From assembly GCA_026025075.1 (NCBI GenBank), contig JAPEUI010000007.1, forward strand, positions 1 to 64,000: DNA of 64,000 bases. The letters run 5' to 3'. Made by a program: the position numbers and the translations under genes. The notes beneath the pieces were generated by a model, which made no database searches, was not told the origin of the DNA, and saw only the letters and a list, made by a program, of their open reading frames with translations. Source of the DNA: Vezdaea acicularis. Lineage: Eukaryota. Shown here piece by piece: positions 36,658 to 48,466 of the stretch; within the stretch, counting starts at the first letter, position 1, and each line of letters begins with the position of its first letter.

Positions 36658-38354
36658 AACCTGATGCTCCCGTTCTCGACGCCATTGCACGATCAAACGC
36701 GGTCCATTCATGTGTTGTCAAGAATCTTAGCAGTGACAACCCAACCAGGAACGCAGGTGCTCCACGACTGATCCCTGTGTTGGGTTCCGTTCGGTTGGCT
36801 TGTGACTGAAGTTGGCATCTCCGCTTGCGGATTGCGGATGGCGAATTGGCACGCGTTGCGATTGGGAGACAAAGGTTTGGGCGCAAAAGCAAGCGAAACC
36901 AAGTCACTTTCGTGGCCGTCACAGTTCGGGTTGTCATCGCCACTCGACAACGAAGCTGATCACCAGCCCCCACCGCCACCTCATGGCGTTCAGGTTTTGG
37001 AGCGCTACGCCGCGTACTCCAAAGTCGTCGCAAGCACCGTCGCCAGCATCTGTGCCATATGCGATACCTCAAAAGACAGGATTTGAGTGATCTGGGATTG
37101 ATCAGCACATCAGGATCTTGACAATTGCCGATGCGCAGCTGAAGTCCAAGATCCAGACGCTCTGCAAAAATAGAGCCGGAGGGAAGCCGGAGGACCTTGC
37201 GGCGTAATGGGGGCGTCATTTTCAATGCTCATCGCTACCTGCGACCAGTCGCGATCGACGGGTTCCAAGACCTTCGTCAGCGCAAGCCCTGAGGCCTGAC
37301 CAGTATATCGTGAGGTTTCGCCAGACGTCAATTGTCACAAGTTTTGTCGCCGGCCAGGATTGCTGCACGGAGCCCCCACCAGCCTCTGCGTCGTTCGCAT
37401 TTCCTGGGAGATTCTTTGATGGGCCTTCGCAGTCCAATCGCCAAATGATTAAGCTCGTTCATTAGAGTGCTCACGTCGCGCATGGATCACGGACGGTCCA
37501 GTCGGCCACGGACCAGGCACCCTGCTATCGACTTAATCTCACCAGCCATCGTGCCATGGTGCAACTTGCCCAACCTCATCGTCGACGCTCATTTCCATGG
37601 CAATCGGGGGGCGCGTCTGATTGGCGGCGAGCGAGCGCGTTGCTGCCGTGATCTCATGGGCGGCCAATGGCGAGGGGGCTGGCGGCCGAACACATCGCAC
37701 TGATTGACATCTTTATTGACCTGCTAACCGCAGAAAGCAGAGTCCCCGCGACTTTTGCCGCTTCGGCTGAGCAGCACTGGCGGTCAACGCAGCAGCCAGG
37801 CCGGCGCGCGGGCTCAGCTAGGATCCTTCGGCAGGAACAGACCGCGCTAGGCCTAGCGCGCGGGCGTGCCAAGCAATGGGCCCTTCGCTCCAGCCACGGG
37901 CAACGACCAAACACGCGGAGCTTGACGCGAGGATGAGGGCATCGAGCCCTGCCTTGCCTGCGTAGCTTGCTCCTGCCCACGATCAGCACTGCAATTTCCT
38001 GACGTGGCTCATTTCCTTGTTTTCCATGCAGGTCGCCTCTCCGACCACCCGTCGCCCGTGGCGCCATGGGTCGAGTGACGGCACTCTGCATCGCTTCAGC
38101 AGATGGTGTAATGGCCAACTCCTCGCCCTTCATAAAGCTGCCGCCTCACCCCGTGCGCCCTTTTGTGTTTCCACTCACTCGTACTTCTACATCTCTCGCA
38201 TTCCCCCCGAGCTTCATCCATTTGCCTAATTGAGCGTGTCCAGCCCGCATATCCAATTGCATAAAGTTGCTGTCACGCACCTCAATCAACCTTACCGTCT
38301 CCACCATTCTTGTCGTTGCGCTTTAAGCACTCCCCAACACAACCTACGTCAAAC

Positions 38355-39138
38355 ATGCAGCTCCCAACCGCCGTTCTCCTCGCCCTCCTCCCCTTCTACG
38401 TCCAGGCTCAGCTCACCACAATCATCTCTGGTGTGCCTGAAGTCCTCATCACCGGTGCTACCGTCACTATCCCAGCCACCACGGACACCAGTGTCTACAC
38501 TATCTCGACTGGTGTCATCTCCGCTGGCTCTGCTACTCTGCCAACAACCACCCTGATCCCTTACACCCCAGGCACCGGCTCCTCCAGCGGCACAGCTGGT
38601 GCAGGTGGTGCAGGTGGTGCCTCGGGCTCTGCCAGCAGCGCCGTATCTGGTGCATCTAGCTCTGCCAGCAGCGCCGCATCTGGAGCATCTAGCTCTGCTT
38701 CCACTGCTGCCGCTGGTGCATCTGGCAGCGCTTCTTCTGCCGTCAGCGGTGCCACCGCCAGCGCATCTTCTGCCATCAGCTCGGCCTCGGCCTCTGCTAG
38801 CTCTGCCGCATCCGGCGCCTCCTCAAGTGCTGCCTCAAAGAGTGAGTACCCGTCTCCTGAGCTTGTTTGCCTATGAAAACAATTTGCTGATCATCACATA
38901 GCCTCATCTGCTGGTGGTTCGTCCTCCTCGTCAAGTGCTGCCCCGAAGGGTGATCATCCTGTTTTCTGAATTAATTGCATGACAAGAGTATTCACTGATT
39001 TACATCTTGATAGGCTCGAGCTCCAGCTCCAGCGCCGCCCCCGCCTCCAGCTCCAGCTCCTCTGGCTTCGCCATGCCCCAGGCCACTGCCCAGGTCGGCC
39101 TCGCCGCCGCCGGTATCGCCGCCGCTCTCCTCCTATAA
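38355..39138 (+). CDS. Secreted Ser/Ala/Gly-rich, probably GPI-anchored cell-wall protein
   Basis: Signal peptide MQLPTAVLLALLPFYVQA, SSASSAASGA repeats, hydrophobic C-terminus SSGFAMPQATAQVGLAAAGIAAALLL*. Two introns flank a ~49-nt exon. Confidence 0.82.
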
Positions 39139-39721
39139 ACCAACCCATCAAAAGTAAAATTCTAATACCGGGGAGGACTGAGGCATGCGAATCAGTGTGC
39201 AATGGCTATTGGGCTGACGACAAAAGAGCGCGCTTGACGCGCACGGCCAATTCTTACGTTATCAGACGTATGATCATGGGGGAGCAGTGGAATGTTCATT
39301 TCGTTTGTATAACGTGCATCACGGTGCTTGGTTGACGTCTATTTCGTTTCCTCCTCCAACAACAACAAGAGATGGGGCCATGAGTTCGATGGGGACGGGT
39401 GGAAGACAGTAATTGTACCTAAAGTCGACGCGATGATATCCAAATGAAGTTTATGTCTATTAACTTACACACCGCACTCTGTTCATCCATGCCCTTTTTC
39501 CGCATAATCTCGTGAATATCGATGACCCCCCGAGTGGCTCATCGCTCCCGCTCTCAATTACCTATCACATGATGTTTAGACTTTCGCCTTGCATGAAGGA
39601 TCGCCCTCTGGCTTCCGCCCACCTTTACCGCGTCGTACATTTCCCCCATGCACCCGCTCTCGCCTTCTCCCCCGCTACAGTACCGAAAGCGAATCCTTGC
39701 TCTGTCTGATCTCCTGCGTAC

Positions 39722-39760
39722 CCGCAAGTGATCCATAAGTGATCCGCAAGCGATCCGTAA
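39722..39760 (+). repeat. Short degenerate 11-nt tandem repeat (CCRYAAGYGAT), about 3.5 copies
   Basis: Direct reading: ccgcaagtgat ccataagtgat ccgcaagcgat ccgtaa. Confidence 0.65.
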
Positions 39761-40125
39761 TCTCAATGGGAAAGCTCCCCCCCCTAGAAGCCCACCTGGC
39801 GCTGCTATGTTCTGCTGAGCCGTACCCCAGAGACGTGGTGGAACTGGTACTACTGTGGCACGACATATGTCTGATCACGAGCAAGGGCGAGAGATCGATG
39901 GGGGAGGTAGGTTGATGCAAGGGGGGGGTTGTGTGTGTGTGTCGGGTGGTGGCAGAAGCGCGAGTAGATCAGTATGCGAGTAAACGCGTACGGGAGGGTC
40001 TTTATGGAGGAGAAGAGAGACAGTCTAATTCTAATGCGTTCCCGGAGCCCCAAAAAATCTAGTCCTCAAGCTATAGACACACCTTCTTCATAGCAGCTTG
40101 ATGATACCAATCTACCAAGCCCCGT

Positions 40126-42057
40126 TCAATCCTCAAACTCCTTCATGAAGCCTTTATGGAACTCGACGATGCGCGAGACCCACTCGGTGCCCGGCGCGAG
40201 AAACGTTGTCCGGAAGTGCAAGGACCCCTCCTTCTGCCCGAAGCCACTGCCCGGTACCACGCACACGCCGGTCGCGTCCAGGAGCCGGAAGGCATAGTAC
40301 TCGTCTGGGGTTCTGCCTTCTTCTTTCGCCTTGGTCACGGCTTTAGCTGGTAGCTTGACGGTCGGGAAGAGATACATGCTCCCCTGGGGCTCGTCGCAGG
40401 TGACGCCCTCCATACTTTTGAAAGCGTCGTAGAGCGCATAGGCGCGCTTCTTCAGCCCGGCGAAGATGGAGTCAAACTCGCTCTTGTAGAGGTCGTATGA
40501 GGGCGAGTTGGGGGCGGGAGGGTTTACCATGAGCTCGACGAGGCACTGGCCAATGACGGGGGGGCACAGCGAGATGCTCACGAACTTGTAGATTTGGGCG
40601 ACGACCTCGGGGTCGAAGCCCACGAGTTCGAAGTAGCCGCCGCGGTGGCCACATTCGCCGACCATGCCCTTGGAGATGGAGTGCATGGAGACGAGCTCGA
40701 CGTTGTCGTATTCGCCGGGGCTCTCCTTTTGCAGGTCGCGGAGCCCCTTTTTGAAGCTGTGGAAGGAACCGATGAAGACGTTGGTCTGGTAGACCTCGTC
40801 GGCCATGACGACGAGTTTCTCCTTGGCGGCGAATTGGAGGACGGAGCGGATATCGGACGAGGAGAGCGATGCGCCGGTTGGGTTGCCGGGGTTGATGATC
40901 ACTATAGCTCGGACGTCTGTGCCTTCTTCTTTGGCTTTGGTGATGGCGGACTTGATCGCCGAGAGGTCGGTGCCCCATGCCTTTGCTTCATCGAGGTAGT
41001 AGGGGACGCAGCGGGCGTCAAGGAGCGAGAGTGTGGCGGTGTAGAGAGGATATTGTGGGATGGGCACCAGGACACCAGTCGTGGACTTGGAGCAGATGAT
41101 GTGGAGGAGGGTGTTCACTCCGGCAGAGGCACCAGCGGAGAGAAAGATTGAGGAGGGGTCGGATGGGTAACCGTCTCGCTCTGAGATAAAGTTAGCAAGG
41201 ATATAAGAGGGCTGTAGCGGACATGCTGACTTTCAATGAACCGTGCAACACTATCCCTGATACCGGGGACACCTTGGCTGTGACTATATGCGCCAACGCT
41301 CTTGCACTCCTTGAGTAACCATTTGGCCCGTTCAATGACGTCTGCTTTGTACCCGAAAGACTTTTCTAAGGCCTCCTCATTCTCCAGTAATGGTGGGTAC
41401 TCCAGCAGGCTCAGGACCTGCCTGAAGAAGCTGATAGGCTTCTGGTCTAGTTGCTGCGGGTTCCCAATGTTGGCCGAGATGATCTTATCGAACGGTAAAG
41501 GGGAGTCTGGAGGTGTAGGCGGTGTCTGGTGCGCAAGCTTCTGTCGATAGCTCTCGGCGCGCACGGCGAGCTCGCCACGGACAGCGTACTTGGCCTCCTT
41601 GACATGAGGGTTGATGTTATCTATGTTCAGACTCCGCAATTGGGAAGTGGAAGACATGTTGCGTCTGTTGTGAAAAGGACTCGGCAGCGCTGCCAGGCGC
41701 GAAACTGGTCCAATTTATTAGCTGACGTTGAAAAAGTCTCAGGTCATGCGCCGTTCGACAGTGAGCAAAAAGAAAATGCTTAAGCGCAAAGCGCAACAAA
41801 ACGTGCGCTGGCTGGCCCAGTCATGGGCGAAGTCGGAGAAGAAAAAGAAAGGAATAAAAAGTTCTACGGATAAACCTCTGCTGCCAATGTGGCTGCAGCA
41901 AACCCGATAGACTGAAGAGGATTGAGAACTTACCGAACAGGTTAACTTTATCGTGAGCAGAGGAGGGCGGAACTGTTGAACGTAAGGTGAAACTTGTAAA
42001 TGATGACGCAAAGCGTGCAGGTAAATTTATATACAATAAGGCGCGCTGTGTGCTCAT
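40126..42057 (-). CDS. ALT1: Alanine aminotransferase (PLP class I) with an upstream exon encoding a mitochondrial-presequence-like peptide
   Basis: YAVRGE, ANIGNPQQL, GAYSHSQG, NPGNPTG, DEVYQ, HSISKG (PLP lysine), VPGSGFGQ, HFRTTFL. Exon 42057..41934 splices in frame to SRLAALPSPFHNRRNMSSTSQL. Confidence 0.93.
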
Positions 42058-42307
42058 GGCGGAGCTAATTGAATAGCTCCGTTCGTCTAGAAGGTTGCAC
42101 AGTCAATTCTACCTAATGAGAACCGATGAGTTATCAACCCCCACAAGCAACCAATGGATGATAGAAGGGGACGATGTACGATTGGTGACGGGGCTAATCC
42201 GTACACCACAATTCTCAGTCTAGGGTCATCATCATGTGGCTGTCAAAGGTGAAAGCATGTGGCTCCGTATTGGACTCGGGGGGAAAGATTCGAGGTGGGG
42301 TGCTACC

Positions 42308-42326
42308 GATAAGCTTTCTCGATAAG
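42308..42326. promoter_or_regulatory. Tandem GATAAG sites upstream of the alanine aminotransferase (AreA/NIT2-type)
   Basis: GATAAG at 42308 and 42321, plus TTATCA near 42131, within about 270 nt of the ALT start. Confidence 0.4.
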
Positions 42327-42432
42327 ACAAGGTTCGGCATTTGCCCCTAAGCTTCGCCAATGGCTGAGCTCAATATAGATATGGTCTGGAGATCTCAAGC
42401 ATTATGTTTGACTTTAGTTAACACGGGGTATT

Positions 42433-44482
42433 TTACATCCTTCTAAATACATTTCCACTTGCACTTCTCCTCCCGTCATCTCGCCGCCGCTCCGGCCTCA
42501 GCTCCCCGATAACTGCAGCCTTCTGTTTCTTCTCTGGTGCAAATGTGACTTCCCTTTCTCCACCAACTGAAACCTTAGTAGCGATCTGGCTGGAAGTTGA
42601 CGTCTTCCTGTTCCCAAAAGATCGGTTTTGATTCGTGTTCTTTGAGGAAGACACATACATCTGAGGTCTGTGGCCAGATCTCTTGTATGAGCTAGATGAT
42701 ATTCGTGTGGACGGCCTTTCGGGTTCCTTATAGTTGCTGCTTTCTTCTTCCGATTCAGAAGAGGAAGGTTTCAGAACTGCATCTTCTTCCTCCTCCTCTA
42801 CGGCAGTTTTGCCTTTTGGTTCGTCGACTTTTGTACTAGGGTTCAGTGATTGGAACTCCCTAGACGCCTCATCAACAGCAAATTCTTCGTCCTGGAAGAG
42901 TTTCGAGAACCGCGAGTCATTGAGAAGACCCCCTTCAGGTTCTCTCTCTGCCCTTTTGCTGCGGTCAACAATCTTTTCCGCCAATTTCTTGTTTACCTTT
43001 ACTCCTTCGACCTTCTTGTGCCCACGTATCCTTGATTCTCTGACCTTATCGATCGTTGCCTTTACCCTTTTTTGCCTTTCTTCCTCCCAGATAAATGGAT
43101 CTGCAATCAATCTCGCCTCTTCATACAGTCTCTGAGCTACAAAATAGCCGTGCATGTATGGCCGGAGTAGATTAGTGGTCCCGACAAGATGGCTTAAGTT
43201 AAGGGCTTTTAGTTGAGGTATTGTAAGGAATTTATAATTATCGTAAATCGCTCCGCCAGATTGATATGCATTCGGATCAGTCGAATCTTCCGCCATTTCT
43301 TCAACCATGTTGTCCAGAAATGAGCACCACCGAGGGGCTGGTCCAAGCTGTGGAATAAAGAAAGCATGCTGTTGCCGACCCTCATTTGCGGTTAACAGCA
43401 TCCCGCTTTTTTTACACCATATAACCGAGTTTAAATCGCCGGCAGGCTCAACGGATGCCCACGGAGTTCCATGCTCTTGGTCCCAGATCTTAACGATCCG
43501 CTTGTCTGCTGATAAAACCTTATTCTCTGATGATTGAGTGTTAATGAACAACAGATTTTGGATCGGATACCCATATCCCTGGTCCTTCTTCAGTAAGGGA
43601 ACTGGGGACCGTAAGTCGTACAATTTGACTAAGCCCTCGCTATCCCCTGCTGCAAGTGTCAATCCGTTTCGGTGGAATTCTAATGCCGTTACTCCACTTG
43701 TCCCAGAAAGTGTACCTACTCGAGCTCGCGACCGGGAATCCCAGAACTCTGTAGTCCCAATCGACGTGCCAAATGCTAAGAGATTGTGACTGTCCTCTGC
43801 TATGGCAGCGACATTGACACTCCCAGTATTGATCCCACCCTGTAGGGCGCCAGCGCCAGCAGATTGCAAGTCGTCACCGCCAACATCAACCTCGTAGCCG
43901 CGCATAAATCGTCCAATTTCAAGATTAAGCCGGAAGACTTCCCCATTGCCGTCACCGTTGACCCCGGACGCCGGTATCAGTGCCTCAGCAGACCGCCTAT
44001 CGTACTTCAAGTCTCGACCGTAGCGCGGTATCCTGGTCGTGTAATGGCATCCTTGAGGCGTATGAAATTCAAGTGAACGATCAGTTTGAAGGTGGAGAGA
44101 TTTGGAGTAGTCGGATGAAAGTAATAGGAAGGTAAGATTTAGAGAAGTTGTGTGGCGGGCAAAACTAAGGGATAAGTGTGGAAGGTAATGTGTGTGAATT
44201 TGGGGCTTATAAGTGCCTAGATATAATTATTGAGGGTCCTTTAAAGAAATTGCGTAAGAACTTACCAGTACTCATAACCCACTGCCCATCATCGCTGGCT
44301 CTGATGCATGCGCTCGCCTCCTCAAACTCGAAATCTTGTAATAGCTCAACTCTGTTCGCGTACTCAGGGTCATTTTTCAGACTCCTTTTGCGTTTTCGAG
44401 CCAACCATTCAGGAAGGGGGCGCGCGGTGGAAGATCCTGAGATGGTGTACACAGGTACAGAAGATTGGTTTGACAATTTCAT
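42433..44482 (-). CDS. ENP2: WD40 ribosome biogenesis protein Enp2/NOL10
   Basis: RVELLQDFEFEEAS...MSTG|TYKPQIH, RIPRYGRDL, FRLNLEIGRF, LGPAPRWCSFLDN, YDNYKFLT, LLRPYMHGYF, NUC153 motif DSRFSKLFQDEEFAVDE. Confidence 0.94.
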
Positions 44483-44802
44483 TGTTGTGTGATGGTCAGT
44501 ATCGATAAAAACTTCCCATGATATCGCCGCAACCGGGACTACATATAGCCCCTTATAGTATGAGTTGAAACCATTAGAAGGTTATGAAATGTCGGAAAGT
44601 ATTCATCGAAAATGAACTTTAGGGTGGGGCATAACGACCAGTCGAACCTCGGACAACTGTGCGCCGCTGCTCGCCAATACCAATGTCGCGCTTTCCAATT
44701 CCAGATTGCTGGATATTTAGATAAAGTGAAAGTCTTCAATACGGATGCAGATATTTCTACTCTATCAAGATATTACTACAATGATATCCGAAACCAACTG
44801 GT

Positions 44803-47800
44803 ATGACTCCGATCTCCTCAACGGCTGAAGACGATTTGGCATGGTTCCGCAGCCCTCAAAATTTGGGCGTAATCGATCCGCTTACGTTTGCTGAGGAATG
44901 GTTCGCCGGCAAAGATGAGCGGGACAAAGTCCTGGCGTTGAAGAAGAAGGCGTTGGATGAGCTTAAGGTTTCGGAACAGAGAAGAGCACCCGAAACCCTT
45001 GAGAGCGCTGACGAATTTCTGTCCGCCGACTCACCCTCCTACCAGAGACTCAGCAACTACGGCGATTTCCAGTCCGCTGGCGGAGTATATCCTACACCAC
45101 CTGATGGCGTTAGCTCTCAACAAGGGCGATATTACGCCTCTCTAGATGCTGCCGGGTCGACTCCTAGCGTCGTGCCTGGCAGCACTCCTTTCGAAAACGG
45201 TCAAGAGAACTCCGATATCACGCAAGGGGGTGCCCGAGAGCATTATGATACCGGCGATCCAGGCGATTTTGCAATTGGGGGCGAGGATGGCATATACGGC
45301 GACTTGGATGATGACATGATGGGGATGGGAGATCTCACGGACGCAGATTTGAGCTTCTTCAACAATACAAATGCCGAAGACCTATTAGACCCTTTAGCAG
45401 ACTCTGAAGAACTTATGATAGTCAACAAGTCTGATGGAAAGGGAGACAACGCCGAAGATGAGAATAACGAAGATATGATTGCCGACGATAATGACAAGGA
45501 GACTACGAATAACAACGACCATGGAGACGAAAAAGCCGGGAAACTCAGTGGACTCAATAAGGTCGGGTCAGACCTAAGACAGCAGGCTTCTAGTCTTGAA
45601 GGTACAATGGGTAATATAAGGAAGGGGGCTGAGTTCTTGACGCTAGCGGTCCAGCGTTCAATTACTACCAATAACTTTAGGGACAGTCTTCATATCTTAA
45701 GTCCACCGCCTAGCCCTCGTCGTATCATTGATAAGCTCCTTCCCGAAGCCAGGGACATCTCTATTTCCAGAAATTCAGAAGGCAAAAATACAGAGCTTAC
45801 GATCAGGGCTCATAGTGACTCTAAAGCTGGGAAGATGCTCGGCTCATTCGATCCGGTCTCTTTCAATAGACTACTTAACAGCTTCGACAACAAATACACG
45901 TCGAAGGGACGCTTTAATTTTGAGAATAGGCCTCTTAATGACAAGGAAGCGTCTTGCATCCCAAAGATTGGCCTTCCGAAGCGGGTCACTCGAAGAAAAG
46001 CTTTCGTCATGGATGACGAAGAATATAACGGACAGGGCACAAGACTTCCTCAATCACCTACGCAAAACTCAAATGACAACGGTAAGAACTTCAATGGACA
46101 TTCCGACTTCGGCAAATCTAGCGACGAATCAGATAACGATGATACGAGTTACACTACTAGGGATAATTTTCTTAATAAACCTTTACATAGGATTAAGATC
46201 AATGGACTAGTCGACGCTGATGGGGACACCATAATGTCTCTTTCAGCCCCCAATGAAACCCTTGACGCTCTTGAAGCTCTTTCAGACGAGAGCTTGTCCA
46301 ACACCCAGCGCACGGTCTTAGCTGGGCTAGAAGAAATGCCCTATGACCATTCTACCCCACACCTTCACGACGACTATGAGCCTTTCCTAGATTTGGCGAG
46401 CAAAGATTTCATCAGTGTGGCACAGATTGTTGCCGATCAGATTATCAGTGGTACATTAGCACCTTTGGGAGACTTTAAGTATAGTATCGAGCCGTTCGAA
46501 GATGGACTGGTATCAAGCAGCCCTTGCACGGCTGGATATGCTGGTAGCGAGGCCGACGCATCTCTTGAGACCACTGGGGCCGTTGAGGAGCGGCCGACTC
46601 GAAGAGATGCAGCGAATGGCGACAATTCTCTCCTGAAAAGCAAGGTGACTGCTCATCAGAGGAGGCAGAATAATGCTTCTGAGATCGATCTGAACGATAT
46701 GTCAGTCACAAAGTTGATGCCTCCACACCTGAGACTCGAGCGAGCAGAAGTTTCAATGGAACTCCTGCCACCAGCAATACCCTTTTGGGAAACATTTGGC
46801 CTGAGTCCTTACGGCAAAGCGAAAGATATTTTGTCATTCTACGTCTATCCTCCGGGACAAGGGGTGGAAGAAGCCGTCATGGTCTTCTCTGAAAGGATTG
46901 GTGCGGCATACGAAAGCTGTCGACTGGGGAAACATAGCCCGGGCGATGTTGCTGGAATCAGCAGAGGTCTGGTGCCCATCAACATACCTGAGTCCGGTAG
47001 TAAAGATCTCGACCTGACTTTTGTCATGGAAGCTATAAGTGGAAAGATGATTCAACTCGGTGAGTATGCTCTTGTCTAAGAAAGAGAAAGAAAGTCAACG
47101 GGCGCTGACTGATGCAGGCAAACAGCTGTCCCAGATTATTGCTGAGAGATTGAATCTAGTAGTATATGTTATGAACCCCTTCTCGCAAGCAGGCGTCCTA
47201 GTCGACATTGGAACTGCTTTCTGGCGTCTCTGTCGAGCTTATATCCAATCGCCTAGAATTCAAAATTCGAAGATGGTCAACGAGCTTGTACTACAGAATA
47301 TACCAATCTCATTCATAGCCTCGAAGACATCTATAGTCGTTCCTCCTCCACGACACTATACTCGACTTGCTTTCGAAGTATACGAGAGGTGTGCCTTGAT
47401 GAATCCGTCCTACCTTCACCCATCGCAGTCCTTTCAATCTTCACCGCTCCTGACCTTAGCTGAACCCCCACCGAAGTCCATTGACTTCAAGCTTACGACT
47501 ATGCCGTCATATTCGCTACTGCACGAGACTCCCTGCATTCATGTCGCGTATTCAAGAGGTCTAGACGGCCGGTGGATCTCAGCTGCATGGTCCGATAACT
47601 GGGGCAAGTCTCAAGATGCCGCGTCATACTGCCTTGGCAGGAGGTCATCCATCCTATCGAGGTCGTTTGAGGATATCGCGAGGGAAATATGGGAGACGAC
47701 GATGGACATCATCCGATCCAAATCTGCAAAATGGAGAGTGCTACTCATCAAGACGGGATCTATGGATCGTGAGGAGATCGAAGGTAAGCTTTGACCCCTT

Positions 47801-48466
47801 GCTTGCCCGTGCTGTTCTCCTTGAAACGCTCCTCTCACCTCTAACTCCTTGGCAGGGTGGGAACGTCTACGACGTACAACGGATTCCGATCAGATGGCTT
47901 TGGTGTTACTGAGCGCTGATCTAAGCCCCAATCTGAAACGCGACTCAGTATTACCGCTGCTATCGCCAAACGCAACCAGCCAGCCTGGAGCCTTGTATTC
48001 AACACCCGCTTCAACTCCGCAGCCAAATACACAATCCCCAGATCAATTTGGTAACGCCACAACTCCAGCGAGCGGCCCTGCAAACGCATCAACGCCCATA
48101 GATGCGCCTTTGGAACCCGACGCCGATGCTACTCTCGTGGACGTGACAGACGAAACGTGGGCGGCCCTTGCACCAGACCATGGTCAGAACTATGAAGGAG
48201 ACTTAGAGACAGATTCCAAACGACCAACAGGTTATGTAATCAAAAGAGGCGGCACTCGCGATAGCGACGCTCCTGTAGCTATGGGAGTGCACCTATTACG
48301 CACCGAGTCGCCAAGTGGTCCGACCTTGGCAGAGATTCTTGGGATGTATCGAGGGCTTGGATCTCTGGCAAGGCTAAAGGGTGTCGCTCATCCAATCCGA
48401 AGTGCTGTCCCATGGCACGTTGCTACTGCCGTGAAGGCTCAAGAAGGCTTAAGTTACATCATGTAG
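44803..48466 (+). CDS. SSN2: Mediator kinase-module subunit Med13, apparently lacking the N-terminal domain
   Basis: DPLTFAEEWF, GVYPTPPDG, FDNKYTSKGRF, PFWETFGLSP, YESCRLGKH, LAFEVYERC, HVAYS...RWISAAWSDNWG, terminal VPWHVATAVK. Introns 47060..47117 and about 47784..47855. Confidence 0.9.

Noticed and set aside
36700..38300. Short ORFs upstream of the GPI-protein gene
   Set aside because: No recognisable protein features; consistent with a long GC-rich promoter.
44801..44852. Intron joining the 64-codon upstream ORF to MED13
   Set aside because: This GT..AG splice is out of phase and would delete the conserved-looking WF motif.
5675..48466. Functional cluster of Mediator (MED7, MED13) or ribosome-biogenesis genes
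   Set aside because: The genes are far apart and interspersed with unrelated genes, which is compatible with chance in a housekeeping region.
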